From positions 79,268 to 143,267 of the forward strand of contig JAURYL010000018.1 in the NCBI GenBank assembly GCA_030653935.1: DNA of 64,000 nt, given 5' to 3'. The stretch comes from Pseudomonadota bacterium. GTDB taxonomy: Bacteria > Pseudomonadota > Gammaproteobacteria > Burkholderiales > Thiobacillaceae. Shown piece by piece: positions 29,303 through 38,562 of this stretch. Below the pieces are notes generated by a model. The model saw only the letters and a list, made by a program, of their open reading frames with translations. It was not told where the DNA came from and searched no databases. How positions within the stretch are numbered: the first letter of the stretch is position 1; each line of letters starts with the position of its first letter. A program made the translations under genes and the position numbers.

Positions 29303-30727
29303 CTATGCCGTTTCCAGCATGCTCCGATACAGCGCCTCATATTCCCGGGCGCTTTTTTCCCAACTGAAATCACGGCTCATGGCCGCGCGCATCATGCGTT
29401 TCCAGGCTTTCTTGTCGGCATGGGCGCGTAGGGCGCGGTCCACGGCGAGCCAGAGCGCGTGCGCGGTGGGTTCCTCGAAGACGAAGCCGGTGACGCCGTC
29501 TTCCACCGTGTCTTTGAGGCCGCCGGTGGCATGGACGACGGGAATCGTGCCGTAGCGCAGGCTGTAGAGCTGGTTGAGGCCGCAGGGCTCGAATCGGGAG
29601 GGCATCAGGAAAATGTCGGAACCGGCCTCGATCCGGTGCGAGAGACCTTCGTCATAGCCAATCACCGAGGCGACCTGGCCGGGATGCAGGGCGCCGAGGT
29701 CGCGGAAGGCCGCTTCCAGCACTTTTTCGCCGGTGCCCAGGAGCGCAATTTGGCCGCCCCGGTGCAGGATGCCGTCCGCCACCGCGAGGATGAGGTCGAG
29801 TCCTTTTTGGTGCGCCAGGCGAGCAATGACGCCGAATAGCGGTGCGTCCTTGTTGGGCTCCAGGTTCAGGTCCTGTTGCAGCTTGCTCTTGCAGCGTTGT
29901 TTGCCGGCGCGCGAGCGCGCGGAGAATTTGTGCGGCAGATGCGGGTCGTTGGCGGGGTCCCATTCCTCGGTGTCGATGCCGTTGAGGATGCCGACCAGAT
30001 CGGCGCCGCGTGTGCTGAGCAGGCCTTGCATGCCCATGCCGAGGGCGGGGAGGCGAATCTCCTCGGCATAGCTGGGCGAGACCGTGGTCAGGCGGTCCGC
30101 GTAGTAGAGGCCCGCCTTGAGGAAGGAGAGGCTGCCGTAATACTCGACGCCATCGATGGCAAAACTTTCCGGCGGCAGGCCCACCAGGCTCATATTGGCG
30201 CGGGGAAAGACGCCCTGATAGGCCAGGTTGTGCACAGTCATGATGCTGGGCGTCGTCTCTCCGGACAGGCGCAGGTAGGCCGGGGCGAGGCCGGTTTGCC
30301 AGTCGTTGCAATGCAGCAGGTCGGGGTGCCAGTCCAGCGGCGTGTCGCTGGCGGCGAGCATGGCGGCGACTTTGGAGAAGACGGCGAAACGCAGGGCGTT
30401 ATCCGGGTGGTCGTGGCCGGCGATGTCCTGATAGGGGCCGCCCTTGCGCTGGTACAGCTCGGGTGCGTCGACGATGTAGAGCGGCATCCCGTTGTCGGGC
30501 ATGCTGGCTTCCAGCAGGTTGGCAACCACGTCGCCCGGCAGGCCATTCAAGGCGCAAACGGGTTTTACATCGACACAGCCGGCGATGACGGCCGGGTATC
30601 CGGGCAGCAGGAGGCGGCAGTCGAGGCCGATTGCGCGCAGGGCCACCGGAAGGGCGCCGGACACATCGGCCAGACCGCCGGTTTTGATCAAGGGTCTGGC
30701 TTCGGAGGTGGCGAAAAGGATACGCAT
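29303..30727 (-). CDS. glgA: glycogen synthase (ADP-glucose type, GT5)
   Basis: MRILFATSEARPLIKTGGLADV is the KTGGL motif. 474 aa. Confidence 0.95.
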   Translation of the reverse strand: MRILFATSEARPLIKTGGLADVSGALPVALRAIGLDCRLLLPGYPAVIAGCVDVKPVCALNGLPGDVVANLLEASMPDNGMPLYIVDAPELYQRKGGPYQDIAGHDHPDNALRFAVFSKVAAMLAASDTPLDWHPDLLHCNDWQTGLAPAYLRLSGETTPSIMTVHNLAYQGVFPRANMSLVGLPPESFAIDGVEYYGSLSFLKAGLYYADRLTTVSPSYAEEIRLPALGMGMQGLLSTRGADLVGILNGIDTEEWDPANDPHLPHKFSARSRAGKQRCKSKLQQDLNLEPNKDAPLFGVIARLAHQKGLDLILAVADGILHRGGQIALLGTGEKVLEAAFRDLGALHPGQVASVIGYDEGLSHRIEAGSDIFLMPSRFEPCGLNQLYSLRYGTIPVVHATGGLKDTVEDGVTGFVFEEPTAHALWLAVDRALRAHADKKAWKRMMRAAMSRDFSWEKSAREYEALYRSMLETA

Positions 30728-30879
30728 GGAAAGTCCTTGTAGAGGCCCGTTTGCGGGCCGAAGTGCTGGGCTGCTAGCCGCGTCATTAAAGAAACAGGTT
30801 GGTTTGTCGATAACCCTACCGGAAACCGGCGCCCGCTAGAAGCCGCTACAAACTATGGTCGTGAATACAAGGATTTTCA

Positions 30880-32571
30880 ATGCGTAATAACCAGCCAGTC
30901 AGTCAACGCGAATACCCCTTGCGCGAAGGCGCGGTCATCCTTTCCTGGACCGATGCCAAGGGCAATATCACTTTCGCCAATGACGATTTCGTTGAGGCAT
31001 CAGGCTTTACCCGGGAGGAGTTGATCGGCCAGCCGCAGAATCTGGTGCGCCATCCCGATATGCCGGCCGAGGCCTTCCGTGATCTTTGGGCCACCATCAA
31101 GGCGGGCGACCCCTGGGTGGGGCTGGTCAAGAATCGGCGCCGCGATGGCGACCACTACTGGGTCAAGGCGACGGTGACGCCGACGCCCGACGGCGGTTTC
31201 ATGTCGGTGCGGATCAGGCCGGGGCGCGAGGAAGTGCAGGCCGCCGAGGCGCTCTACCAGCGCTTGCGTGAAGATTCCGATCTGCGCCTGGATGGCGGCA
31301 AGCCGGCGCCCAGCGTGTTCGGGCGCCTGTTGCGCCGGTTCATGGATCTCAATCTGTCCAGCAAGTTATGGCTGTCTACCCTGTCCTCGATGCTGGTCAT
31401 TCTGCTTTGCGCGGGACTCGGCTGGATGGCGATCGAGGAGGCGCGCGGTCTGCTGAAATGTGTCGAAGCTGACAAGGCGCAACCCTTGCAGGCTTCGCTC
31501 GACAGCTACGGTCTGATACTCGGGATCGCGGCGGCTGCGGCCCTGCTGTTGTGGCCCGCCATCGCCTTTGTGGTGGTGCGTTCGTTCACCACGCCGCTGC
31601 GTGACGCGGTGCAGGCGGCGCGCGGTATCGCCGCGTTCGATCTTTCGAAGCCGGCGCCGCTGGCCGGCCATGACGAGGTGGGCGAGGTGCTCGCGCAATT
31701 CGCCATCATGCGCAACAACCTGCTTGGCAATGCGTCCCTGATCAAACAGAGCACCCGCAAGCTGGATGCCGCCGCGCATGACCTTACCGTTTCCAGTTCG
31801 ACCAGCGCGCAAGCGGCGATGAGCCAGTCCGAGGCCGCCGCCGGCATGGCGGCGGCGGTGGAGGAGTTGTCGGTGTCGATCGATCAGGTGAGCGATCACG
31901 CCCGCGAGGCGAACGATGTCTCGCGCGAGTCGGGTGAACTGTCGCGCGAGGGCGGCCGCGTCATCCACTCCGCCGCCGACGAGATCGGCCATATTTCCGA
32001 GGCGGTGCAGGGCTCGGCGAAAACCATCCGCGAGCTGGAAAGTTATTCGGGAGAGATTTCCACCATCGTCGGCGTCATCAAGGAAATCGCCGACCAGACC
32101 AACCTGCTCGCACTCAATGCCGCGATCGAGGCGGCACGCGCCGGTGAGCAAGGGCGCGGTTTCGCCGTGGTGGCGGACGAAGTGCGCAAGCTGGCGGAGC
32201 GGACCGGTAATTCGACACAGCAGATCACCGGCATGATCGACAAGGTACAGAGCGGCGCCCGCCGCGCGGTCGAGGAAATGGAGGCCAGCGTCAAGCGGGT
32301 GAGTGATGGCGTCGAACTGGCGCACAAGGCCGGCGATTCGATCTCCAACATCCAGACCGCTTCCACCCGGGTGATGCAGGCGGTGGCGGACATCGATCAC
32401 GCGCTCAAGGAGCAAGGCATTGCGGCGCGTGAAATCGCCCAGAACGTCGAGCGGGTGGCGCAGATGACCGAGCAAGGCAGCCATGCCAGCCGCCAGGCCT
32501 CCGGCGTCGCGGATGACGTGGTGAATCTCTCCCTGGAACTGAAGCGTCTGGCCGATCTGTTCAAACTTTGA
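30880..32571 (+). CDS. methyl-accepting chemotaxis protein with N-terminal PAS domain (Aer-like)
   Basis: The PAS region is [33 protein letters not shown]...[12 protein letters not shown]. The signalling hairpin is [40 protein letters not shown]. Confidence 0.9.
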   Translation: MRNNQPVSQREYPLREGAVILSWTDAKGNITFANDDFVEASGFTREELIGQPQNLVRHPDMPAEAFRDLWATIKAGDPWVGLVKNRRRDGDHYWVKATVTPTPDGGFMSVRIRPGREEVQAAEALYQRLREDSDLRLDGGKPAPSVFGRLLRRFMDLNLSSKLWLSTLSSMLVILLCAGLGWMAIEEARGLLKCVEADKAQPLQASLDSYGLILGIAAAAALLLWPAIAFVVVRSFTTPLRDAVQAARGIAAFDLSKPAPLAGHDEVGEVLAQFAIMRNNLLGNASLIKQSTRKLDAAAHDLTVSSSTSAQAAMSQSEAAAGMAAAVEELSVSIDQVSDHAREANDVSRESGELSREGGRVIHSAADEIGHISEAVQGSAKTIRELESYSGEISTIVGVIKEIADQTNLLALNAAIEAARAGEQGRGFAVVADEVRKLAERTGNSTQQITGMIDKVQSGARRAVEEMEASVKRVSDGVELAHKAGDSISNIQTASTRVMQAVADIDHALKEQGIAAREIAQNVERVAQMTEQGSHASRQASGVADDVVNLSLELKRLADLFKL

Positions 32572-32686
32572 TCTCGCGGCGAGCGGCGTCGCCCGGTGTC
32601 GATTTCGTCGCTATGGCCGAGGGGAGTTCGCCCCATGAGCCCGGGGGTTGTACCATTCAACCGGGGCAACATCGACAATAGCCAAA

Positions 32687-33067
32687 ATGCTGAAAATAGA
32701 AGCGATGCAAATGGAGGTCATTGATCGGCGTTATTTCTATGGTCGGCTCGGCCTGTTTCTCGTCGACAACTGCCGCCGAGCGGATTTCAAGGACTGGGCA
32801 AGCGACACCGACCGCCTTTATTCGATGTGGGATGCCATCTGGCACGCCGCGCGCGAACACAGCGAACATGACTGCGCGTTGTTCCTGATATTCCTGGCGA
32901 TCTGTGCTTTCGAAGAGCGAGTTGTGGAAGCACCGGGAATATTGCTGGACCATGTTGCCGACCGGCGTGTGGTGCTCAAGCAATTCATCTCCGAACAGGG
33001 CTACTTCTACTTCACGGCATTCGACTACCCGACGGCAAGCCAGGAAGAAGGCGAAAACCATGTTTAG
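32687..33067 (+). CDS. hypothetical protein (first gene of the toxin-like cassette); start uncertain
   Basis: An ORF in a visibly lower-GC stretch with no motif I recognise. Its last 8 nt overlap the ATG of the next gene. Alternative starts lie at 32648 (TTG), 32705 and 32711. Confidence 0.45.
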   Translation: MLKIEAMQMEVIDRRYFYGRLGLFLVDNCRRADFKDWASDTDRLYSMWDAIWHAAREHSEHDCALFLIFLAICAFEERVVEAPGILLDHVADRRVVLKQFISEQGYFYFTAFDYPTASQEEGENHV

Positions 33068-34307
33068 CCGCAATGAAAAGCCGAGTGCCAAGAAAGCCTG
33101 CGTCAACCCATGCAAGGCGGCAAAGGAAAGCGACGACACCCTCTCGACGACGGCCCAGGAGCGCATCCAATCCTTTACCGGCAAGCCCGAGCCCGCCAAC
33201 GGGCTGTTGCCCAGCGACGATTCGCCCAGCCTGATGTCGGCCGATTCCAGCGCCTGCAAAAAGCGCGCGCTTAGCCTCGGCCCCACCCTGCGCCGCTTCA
33301 ATCGCTATCGCGAGGCCATGCCTTACGCGCGCGCCGCAAATGACATGAACAAACTGGGTGACAAGGCCGGCGGCAAGCAAACCAAGGACTGCCTGACCCG
33401 GCTGCCGGACAGCGGTGAGGACTTGTGCAAGGAACTCGGCCTGCCACCGGGCACCATCACCGACCAGGACTTGCGCGACGACAGCACTGGCTTTCGCGCC
33501 GAGATGTATCGCGACGAAGCCAGCGGCAAGCTGATCCTGGTCGCGCGCGACACCCAACCCAAATCGCTGGTGGACTGGCAGACCAACACCCGCAATGGCG
33601 AAGGCAAGGATACCGACCAGTATGCGGCGATGCGGGATCTGTCAGGCGACTTGGCTGATAACGGGGTGGCATTCGACGTGGCCGGCTATTCCAAGGGCGG
33701 CGGCCTGGCGCAGGAGGCGGCATTGGTCAACCCGAGCGCGCGGGCCTATGTCTTCAACTCGGCGGGCCTGCATGAGAACTCGCTGGTTCGCACCGGTGCT
33801 CAGGATTTCCAATCCCTGGAAAGCCGCACCCGCGCCTTCAGCGCCGACAACGACTTCCTCACCTACATGAACGAAACTCGCGACCCGCAACAACAGATCG
33901 ACAATGCCCGCTTCCTGCGGCGTGAACTCGAAGGCGAGAATCGCTCCATGCCCGATCCCATGAAGATCGACCACCGCAACCCCGAACTTTCGGATAGCGA
34001 TGACGACCCTAAATTCGAGCAGGACCGCGCGGCTTATTTCAAGGAAATCGACGGCATGATCGTGCGCATGGAACAGGACCAGGCCGCCGGCCGCGTGGTC
34101 AGGGCGTTTCCCCCTGTCCGCGCGGGCCAGAAGGAGACGATTCCCGGCAGCGACAGTTGGCTGGGCAACCGATTCGGTGCGAACGATCCCGGCCCCAACC
34201 TGGGCAAACTGGTCCAGCACCAGATGGGCAATGTACTCGGCCCGATGGAAAAGAACCTCACGGATGACCGTAAGGCTTTACAGGAATTTCTGAAAAAATG
34301 CCCATGA
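33060..34307 (+). CDS. alpha/beta-hydrolase, lipase-like (DUF2974/Lipase_3-like GxSxG), putative toxin effector
   Basis: ATG 33060 is in frame with ORF 32904-34307. KLILVARDTQPKSLVDWQTN...FDVAGYSKGGGLAQEAAL has a nucleophile elbow GYSKGG near 33684-33701. No signal peptide, with a charged, low-complexity N-terminus. Confidence 0.55.
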   Translation: MFSRNEKPSAKKACVNPCKAAKESDDTLSTTAQERIQSFTGKPEPANGLLPSDDSPSLMSADSSACKKRALSLGPTLRRFNRYREAMPYARAANDMNKLGDKAGGKQTKDCLTRLPDSGEDLCKELGLPPGTITDQDLRDDSTGFRAEMYRDEASGKLILVARDTQPKSLVDWQTNTRNGEGKDTDQYAAMRDLSGDLADNGVAFDVAGYSKGGGLAQEAALVNPSARAYVFNSAGLHENSLVRTGAQDFQSLESRTRAFSADNDFLTYMNETRDPQQQIDNARFLRRELEGENRSMPDPMKIDHRNPELSDSDDDPKFEQDRAAYFKEIDGMIVRMEQDQAAGRVVRAFPPVRAGQKETIPGSDSWLGNRFGANDPGPNLGKLVQHQMGNVLGPMEKNLTDDRKALQEFLKKCP

Positions 34308-35056
34308 ACCTGAGAAATCGTCCCCGCCTGCTGCTTGCCGCCGTGTTGGCGCTGGCCGGGGCGGGCTGGTGGTGGAATGCCAACGGGAGAACGAAAGTGA
34401 AACGAGGATTTTTCGAGAATGAAGCCGCCGCGCTGGAAGCCGCGATCAAGGCGGATGATCGCGCCGCCATCGCGCGCGTCCTCGCCAGTGGGGTGAACGT
34501 CAACACGCGCGGCTGGCACAACGTCACGCCGTTGATGCTGGCGGTGGATACCCTGAAACAACAGGCGGTCGCCGAACTGCTCGCGCGCGGCGCCGACCCC
34601 AATCTCAAGGCCGACGACGGAGCCGGCGCGGTCAGCCTCGCGGTCGCGAATTACCGCGAGGCGCCGGAGATTATGTTCATGGTGATCCGCGCCGGCGGCG
34701 ATCCAAACACTCGCCGCCCCGGTGACGACCCGGTCATCATGCGTTTCGTCAACGACCGCAACTGCGAATACATCCGCCACATGAAGGCGCTGGGCGCCAA
34801 TCTGGATATCACCACCCGCGCCGGCGATCCGATCATTACTGCTGCGTCCACACGGCGTGACTGGGATATCGCCTGGTGCCTGATCGAACTCGGTGCGAAA
34901 TACGACTACGAGAAGACTTCGCGTCGGCCGATCAGCAGATCACTGAAAAGTACTTTCCCCTCCCCGGATTCCCCCATCTACCCCTACAAGGTCAAGGTCT
35001 GGGAACACCTCAAAGCGCATGGCATCGCCGTGCCGCCGCTCAACGGGCCGGATTGA
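34304..35056 (+). CDS. exported ankyrin-repeat protein (putative immunity protein), copy 1
   Basis: N-terminal RPRLLLAAVLALAGAGWWW signal/anchor. Ankyrin-like repeats are GVNVNTRGWHNVTPLMLAV..LKQQAVAELLARGADPN and others. The start overlaps the hydrolase stop as ATGA, and an alternative ATG lies at 34298. Confidence 0.7.
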   Translation: MNLRNRPRLLLAAVLALAGAGWWWNANGRTKVKRGFFENEAAALEAAIKADDRAAIARVLASGVNVNTRGWHNVTPLMLAVDTLKQQAVAELLARGADPNLKADDGAGAVSLAVANYREAPEIMFMVIRAGGDPNTRRPGDDPVIMRFVNDRNCEYIRHMKALGANLDITTRAGDPIITAASTRRDWDIAWCLIELGAKYDYEKTSRRPISRSLKSTFPSPDSPIYPYKVKVWEHLKAHGIAVPPLNGPD

Positions 35057-35076
35057 TCCGGCCTTCGCTCTCCCCC

Positions 35077-35829
35077 ATGAACCCGAGAAATCGTCCCCGC
35101 CTGCTGCTTGCCGCCGTGTTGGCGCTGGCCGGGGTGGGCTGGTGGTGGAATGCCAACGGGAGAACGAAAGTGAAACGAGGATTTTTCGAGAATGAAGCCG
35201 CCGCGCTGGAAGCCGCGATCAAGGCGGATGACCGCGCCGGCATCGCGCGCGTCCTCGCCAGTGGGGTGAACGTCAACACGCGCGGCTGGCACAACGTCAC
35301 GCCGTTGATGCTGGCGGTGGATACCCTGAAACAACAGGCGGTCGCCGAACTGCTCGCGCGCGGTGCCGACCCCAACCTCAAGGCCGACGACGGTGCCGGC
35401 GTGGTCAGTCTCGCGGTCGCGAATTACCGTGAGGCACCCGAAATCATGTTCCAGGTGCTCCGCGCCGGCGGCGACCCGAACGCTCGCCGCCCCGGTGACG
35501 ACCCGGTCATCATGCGTTTCGTCAACGACCGCAACTGCGAATACATCCGCCACATGAAGGCGCTGGGCGCCAATCTTGATATCACCACCCGCGCCGGTGA
35601 TCCGATCATCACCGATGCGGCGCTCGGGCAAGATTGGGATGTCGCCTGGTGCCTGATCGAACTCGGCGCCAAGTACGATTATGAGCGGACCTCGCGCCAG
35701 CCGATCAGTGAATCCCTGCGCGGCACCTTCCCCGCCCCGGATTCCCCCATCTACCCCTACAAGGTCAAGGTCTGGGAACACCTCAAAGCGCATGGCATCG
35801 CCGTGCCGCCGCTCAACGGGCCCGATTGA
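35077..35829 (+). CDS. exported ankyrin-repeat protein (putative immunity protein), copy 2 (tandem paralog)
   Basis: Same length as copy 1 (250 aa). By manual alignment 19 residues differ. ATG 35077 is in frame with ORF 34876-35829. Confidence 0.7.
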   Translation: MNPRNRPRLLLAAVLALAGVGWWWNANGRTKVKRGFFENEAAALEAAIKADDRAGIARVLASGVNVNTRGWHNVTPLMLAVDTLKQQAVAELLARGADPNLKADDGAGVVSLAVANYREAPEIMFQVLRAGGDPNARRPGDDPVIMRFVNDRNCEYIRHMKALGANLDITTRAGDPIITDAALGQDWDVAWCLIELGAKYDYERTSRQPISESLRGTFPAPDSPIYPYKVKVWEHLKAHGIAVPPLNGPD

Positions 35830-35836
35830 TCCGGGC

Positions 35837-36643
35837 TTACGCCATCCAGATCACGCTCGCCATGCGGCCGGTACGCGGTTCGCGTCGATAGGAGAAAAAA
35901 CGCGGGTCGCTGTGGGTGCAGAGGCCGCCACCGTAGACCGCCGTCACGCCGATGGTGGCGAGGTGGATGCGTGCTAGCACGTAGATGTCCGCCAGCCATT
36001 TGCGTGGCGCCTCGTCCAGGGTGCCGGGCAGGGCGGGGCGGAAGGCGATGCCGGCGAGTGGGTGGCGGCTGATGAAGGCTTCGCGCACTTCGTCGCCGAC
36101 CTCGAAGGTTGTCGGGCCGATGGCCGCGCCCAGCCAGGCGAGGATGCGCTCGGGTGGGGTGTTCATGGCGGCGACCGTCGCTTCCAGCACGCCACCGGCG
36201 AGGCCGCGCCAGCCGGCGTGGGCGGCGGCCACCACCGTGCCGGCGGTGTCGCAGAACAGCACCGGCAGGCAGTCGGCGGTCAGCACGGCGCGGACTTCAC
36301 CGGGCTGGAAAGCGACGGCGGCGTCGGCGAGGGGAGGGGTCGTAGGATGTGGTGAGCTGGCGAACCGCATCGATTCGCATGATGCGGTTCGTTCCTCGCC
36401 ACATCCTACGGCTTGTCCCGCGACTTCGGTGCCATGCACCTGATTCAGCCAGAGCGGTTCCGCGGGTAGCCACTGCCGCAACAGGCGACGATTCTCGGCC
36501 ACGGCTGCCGGGTCGTCATCGACATGAGCGGCCAGGTTGAAACTGTCGAAGGGCGGACGGCTGACGCCGCCGGCACGGGTGGTCATGAAGGCGCGCACAT
36601 TGTCCGGCGCGGGCCAGTCGGGGGTGATCCAGTCTGGGGGCAT
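35837..36643 (-). CDS. pgeF: peptidoglycan editing factor PgeF (YfiH / laccase-domain family) carrying an in-frame REP insertion
   Basis: SFNLAAH, NQVHG, TADCLPVLF, AHAGWRG, FFSYRR and GRMASVIW all match YfiH. About 20 extra residues lie between the QVHG and ADA motifs. Confidence 0.85.
   Translation of the reverse strand: MPPDWITPDWPAPDNVRAFMTTRAGGVSRPPFDSFNLAAHVDDDPAAVAENRRLLRQWLPAEPLWLNQVHGTEVAGQAVGCGEERTASCESMRFASSPHPTTPPLADAAVAFQPGEVRAVLTADCLPVLFCDTAGTVVAAAHAGWRGLAGGVLEATVAAMNTPPERILAWLGAAIGPTTFEVGDEVREAFISRHPLAGIAFRPALPGTLDEAPRKWLADIYVLARIHLATIGVTAVYGGGLCTHSDPRFFSYRREPRTGRMASVIWMA
36342..36409. repeat. palindromic REP (GTAGGATGTGGTGAGC family) located inside the pgeF coding sequence
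   Basis: gtaggatgtggtgagctggcgaaccgcatc-gattcgcat-gatgcggttcgttcctcgccacatcctac. Same family as 5305-5391. Confidence 0.7.
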
Positions 36644-36707
36644 CCGATCTCCTGTAGCGCCGGCTTCCAGCCGGCTGTTTTAAAAAGATGCCGGCTGGAT
36701 GCCGACG

Positions 36708-37637
36708 TTACATTTCCAATTCCCGCAACAACTCGGCGAAATCAGGCGGCGGCGGCGCTTCCCACTCCATCGCCTCGCCCGTGCCCGGGTGAACCAGCCC
36801 CAGGCGCACGGCGTGCAGGGCCTGGCGGGGGAATGCGATAGGGCTGCGTTTGCGCCCCGCGTAGACCGGGTCACCCAGCAGCGGGTGGCCGATGTGGGCC
36901 ATGTGCACGCGAATCTGGTGAGTGCGGCCGGTGGCGAGACGGCATTCCACCCAGGCGACTTCGGTGAACTGGCGCAACACCTTGTAATGGGTGAGGGCGG
37001 GCTTGCCGCGGCCTTCCTCCACCACGGCCATTTTGACGCGTTGCGTGGGATGGCGGCCGATGGGCGCTTCGATGGCGCCGGCCGGAGGCTGAATGCGGCC
37101 CTGAGCCACCGCCCAGTACAGCCGTTTCACCGTCCGGGCCTGCAAGTCGCGCACCAGTTGCGTCTGTGCTTCCAGGGTCTTGGCGACCACCATGAGGCCG
37201 GAGGTGTCCTTGTCCAGGCGATGCACGATGCCGGCGCGCGGCAGGACGGCGGCGCCGGGAACGTGGTGGAGGAGGGCGTTGAGCAGGGTGCCTTCCCAGT
37301 TGCCGGCGCCGGGATGGGTGACCAGCCCGGCCGGCTTGTTGATGATCAGGATGGCCTCGTCCTCGAAGACGGTGTTCAAAGCGATGGCTTCGGCCTGATA
37401 TGGCAGTTCGGCGGGGTGCGCTTCCGGCTCGACGCTGACCGCCTCGCCGCCCCAGACTTTGAGCTTGCGGCTGGCGTTGGCGTCGGCGACAAGCACCAGG
37501 CCGGCGTCGATCCAGGTCTGGATGCGGCTGCGCGAGTATTCCGGCATCAGTTCCGCCAGACTCTGGTCGAGACGGCGGCCGGCGTGCTCGGTCGGGATGG
37601 TGAGGTAGCGGCATTCCGGCATGGGTGTTTGCGGCAT
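36708..37637 (-). CDS. rluD: 23S rRNA pseudouridine synthase RluD
   Basis: The S4 domain is RLDQSLAELMPEYSRSRIQTWI. The catalytic motif is HRLDKDTSGLMVVAK, and the RluA-family tail is TGRTHQIRVHM. The start is ATG 37637 or 37622. Confidence 0.9.
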   Translation of the reverse strand: MPQTPMPECRYLTIPTEHAGRRLDQSLAELMPEYSRSRIQTWIDAGLVLVADANASRKLKVWGGEAVSVEPEAHPAELPYQAEAIALNTVFEDEAILIINKPAGLVTHPGAGNWEGTLLNALLHHVPGAAVLPRAGIVHRLDKDTSGLMVVAKTLEAQTQLVRDLQARTVKRLYWAVAQGRIQPPAGAIEAPIGRHPTQRVKMAVVEEGRGKPALTHYKVLRQFTEVAWVECRLATGRTHQIRVHMAHIGHPLLGDPVYAGRKRSPIAFPRQALHAVRLGLVHPGTGEAMEWEAPPPPDFAELLRELEM

Positions 37638-37671
37638 GGGTATAATCCGCGCGCCTAATTTGGGGATTGAG

Positions 37672-38475
37672 ATGTCGCGCATTCTATCTTTGCTTCTGTT
37701 GTTGAGTGCCCTGGCGGGGTCATTGACCGGGTGTGGCCTGCTGCCGGAACAGATCGACGAGACCAAGAGCTGGTCGGCTTCGAAGTTGTATTACAGCGCC
37801 AAGGAACGTCTGGCCGACGGTAATTACACCGAGGCGGTGAAGCTGTTTGAAAAACTGGAGGCGCGTTATCCCTACGGCGCCTACGCCCAACAGTCGCAAC
37901 TTGAAGTGGCTTACGCCTATTACAAGGACAACGAGCCGGCCTCGGCCATCGCCGCCTGCGAGCGCTTCATCAAGCTGCACCCGAACCATCCCAACGTCGA
38001 CTACGCCTATTACCTCAAGGGACTGGCCAATTTCGTGGAAGACACCACGCTGCTGGCCAAGTTTGCCGACCAGGACATGAGCGAGCGCGATCCCAAGTCC
38101 GCGCGCGAGGCGTTCGAGGCGTTCAAGGAACTGGCGACCCGCTTCCCGGAGAGCAAATATTCGGCCGATGCCGTGGGCCGGATGAAGTATCTGGTCAACA
38201 ACCTGGCGTCCCACGAAGTGCGGGTGGCGCGTTATTACTACAAGCGTGGCGCCTACGTGGCGGCGGCCGCGCGCGGCAAGTACGCGCTGGAGAACTACCC
38301 GCGCTCCCCGGCCCTGGAAGAGGGTCTGGCGGTCATGGCGAAGAGCTACGACAAGCTGGGCCTGCCCGACCTGCGCGACGACACCCTGCGCGTGCTCAAG
38401 CTCAACTTCCCCAACAGCCTCTACGTCGCCGGCGACGGCCCGGTGCGGGACAAGCCCTGGTGGAAGTTGTGGTAA
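37672..38475 (+). CDS. bamD: outer membrane protein assembly factor BamD
   Basis: Lipobox LTGC after MSRILSLLLLLSALAGS. TPR-like YPYGAYAQQSQLEVAYAYYK. Divergent from rluD as in many proteobacteria. Confidence 0.9.
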   Translation: MSRILSLLLLLSALAGSLTGCGLLPEQIDETKSWSASKLYYSAKERLADGNYTEAVKLFEKLEARYPYGAYAQQSQLEVAYAYYKDNEPASAIAACERFIKLHPNHPNVDYAYYLKGLANFVEDTTLLAKFADQDMSERDPKSAREAFEAFKELATRFPESKYSADAVGRMKYLVNNLASHEVRVARYYYKRGAYVAAAARGKYALENYPRSPALEEGLAVMAKSYDKLGLPDLRDDTLRVLKLNFPNSLYVAGDGPVRDKPWWKLW

Positions 38476-38481
38476 AGAAAG

Positions 38482-38562
38482 CAGGGGCAAGGGACAAGGG
38501 ACAAGGGGCAAGGAAAACCCGGGTTTCGCTTGCCCCTTGTTCCTTGATCCTTGCCCCTTGAA
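38482..38562. repeat. palindromic CAAGGGGCAAGG-type hairpin repeat, copy 2
   Basis: caggggcaagggacaagggacaaggggcaagga-aaacccgggttt-cgcttgccccttgttccttgatccttgccccttgaa. The annotated relA ATG (38562) sits at its 3' edge. Confidence 0.7.

Noticed and set aside
32648-35829. Calling the hydrolase a T6SS (Tle-type) effector outright
   Set aside because: No T6SS structural, VgrG, PAAR, Hcp or adaptor (DUF4123/DUF1795/DUF2169) genes are in the window, and I cannot assign the protein to Tle1-5 from motifs alone. It is kept as a generic toxin-immunity hypothesis.
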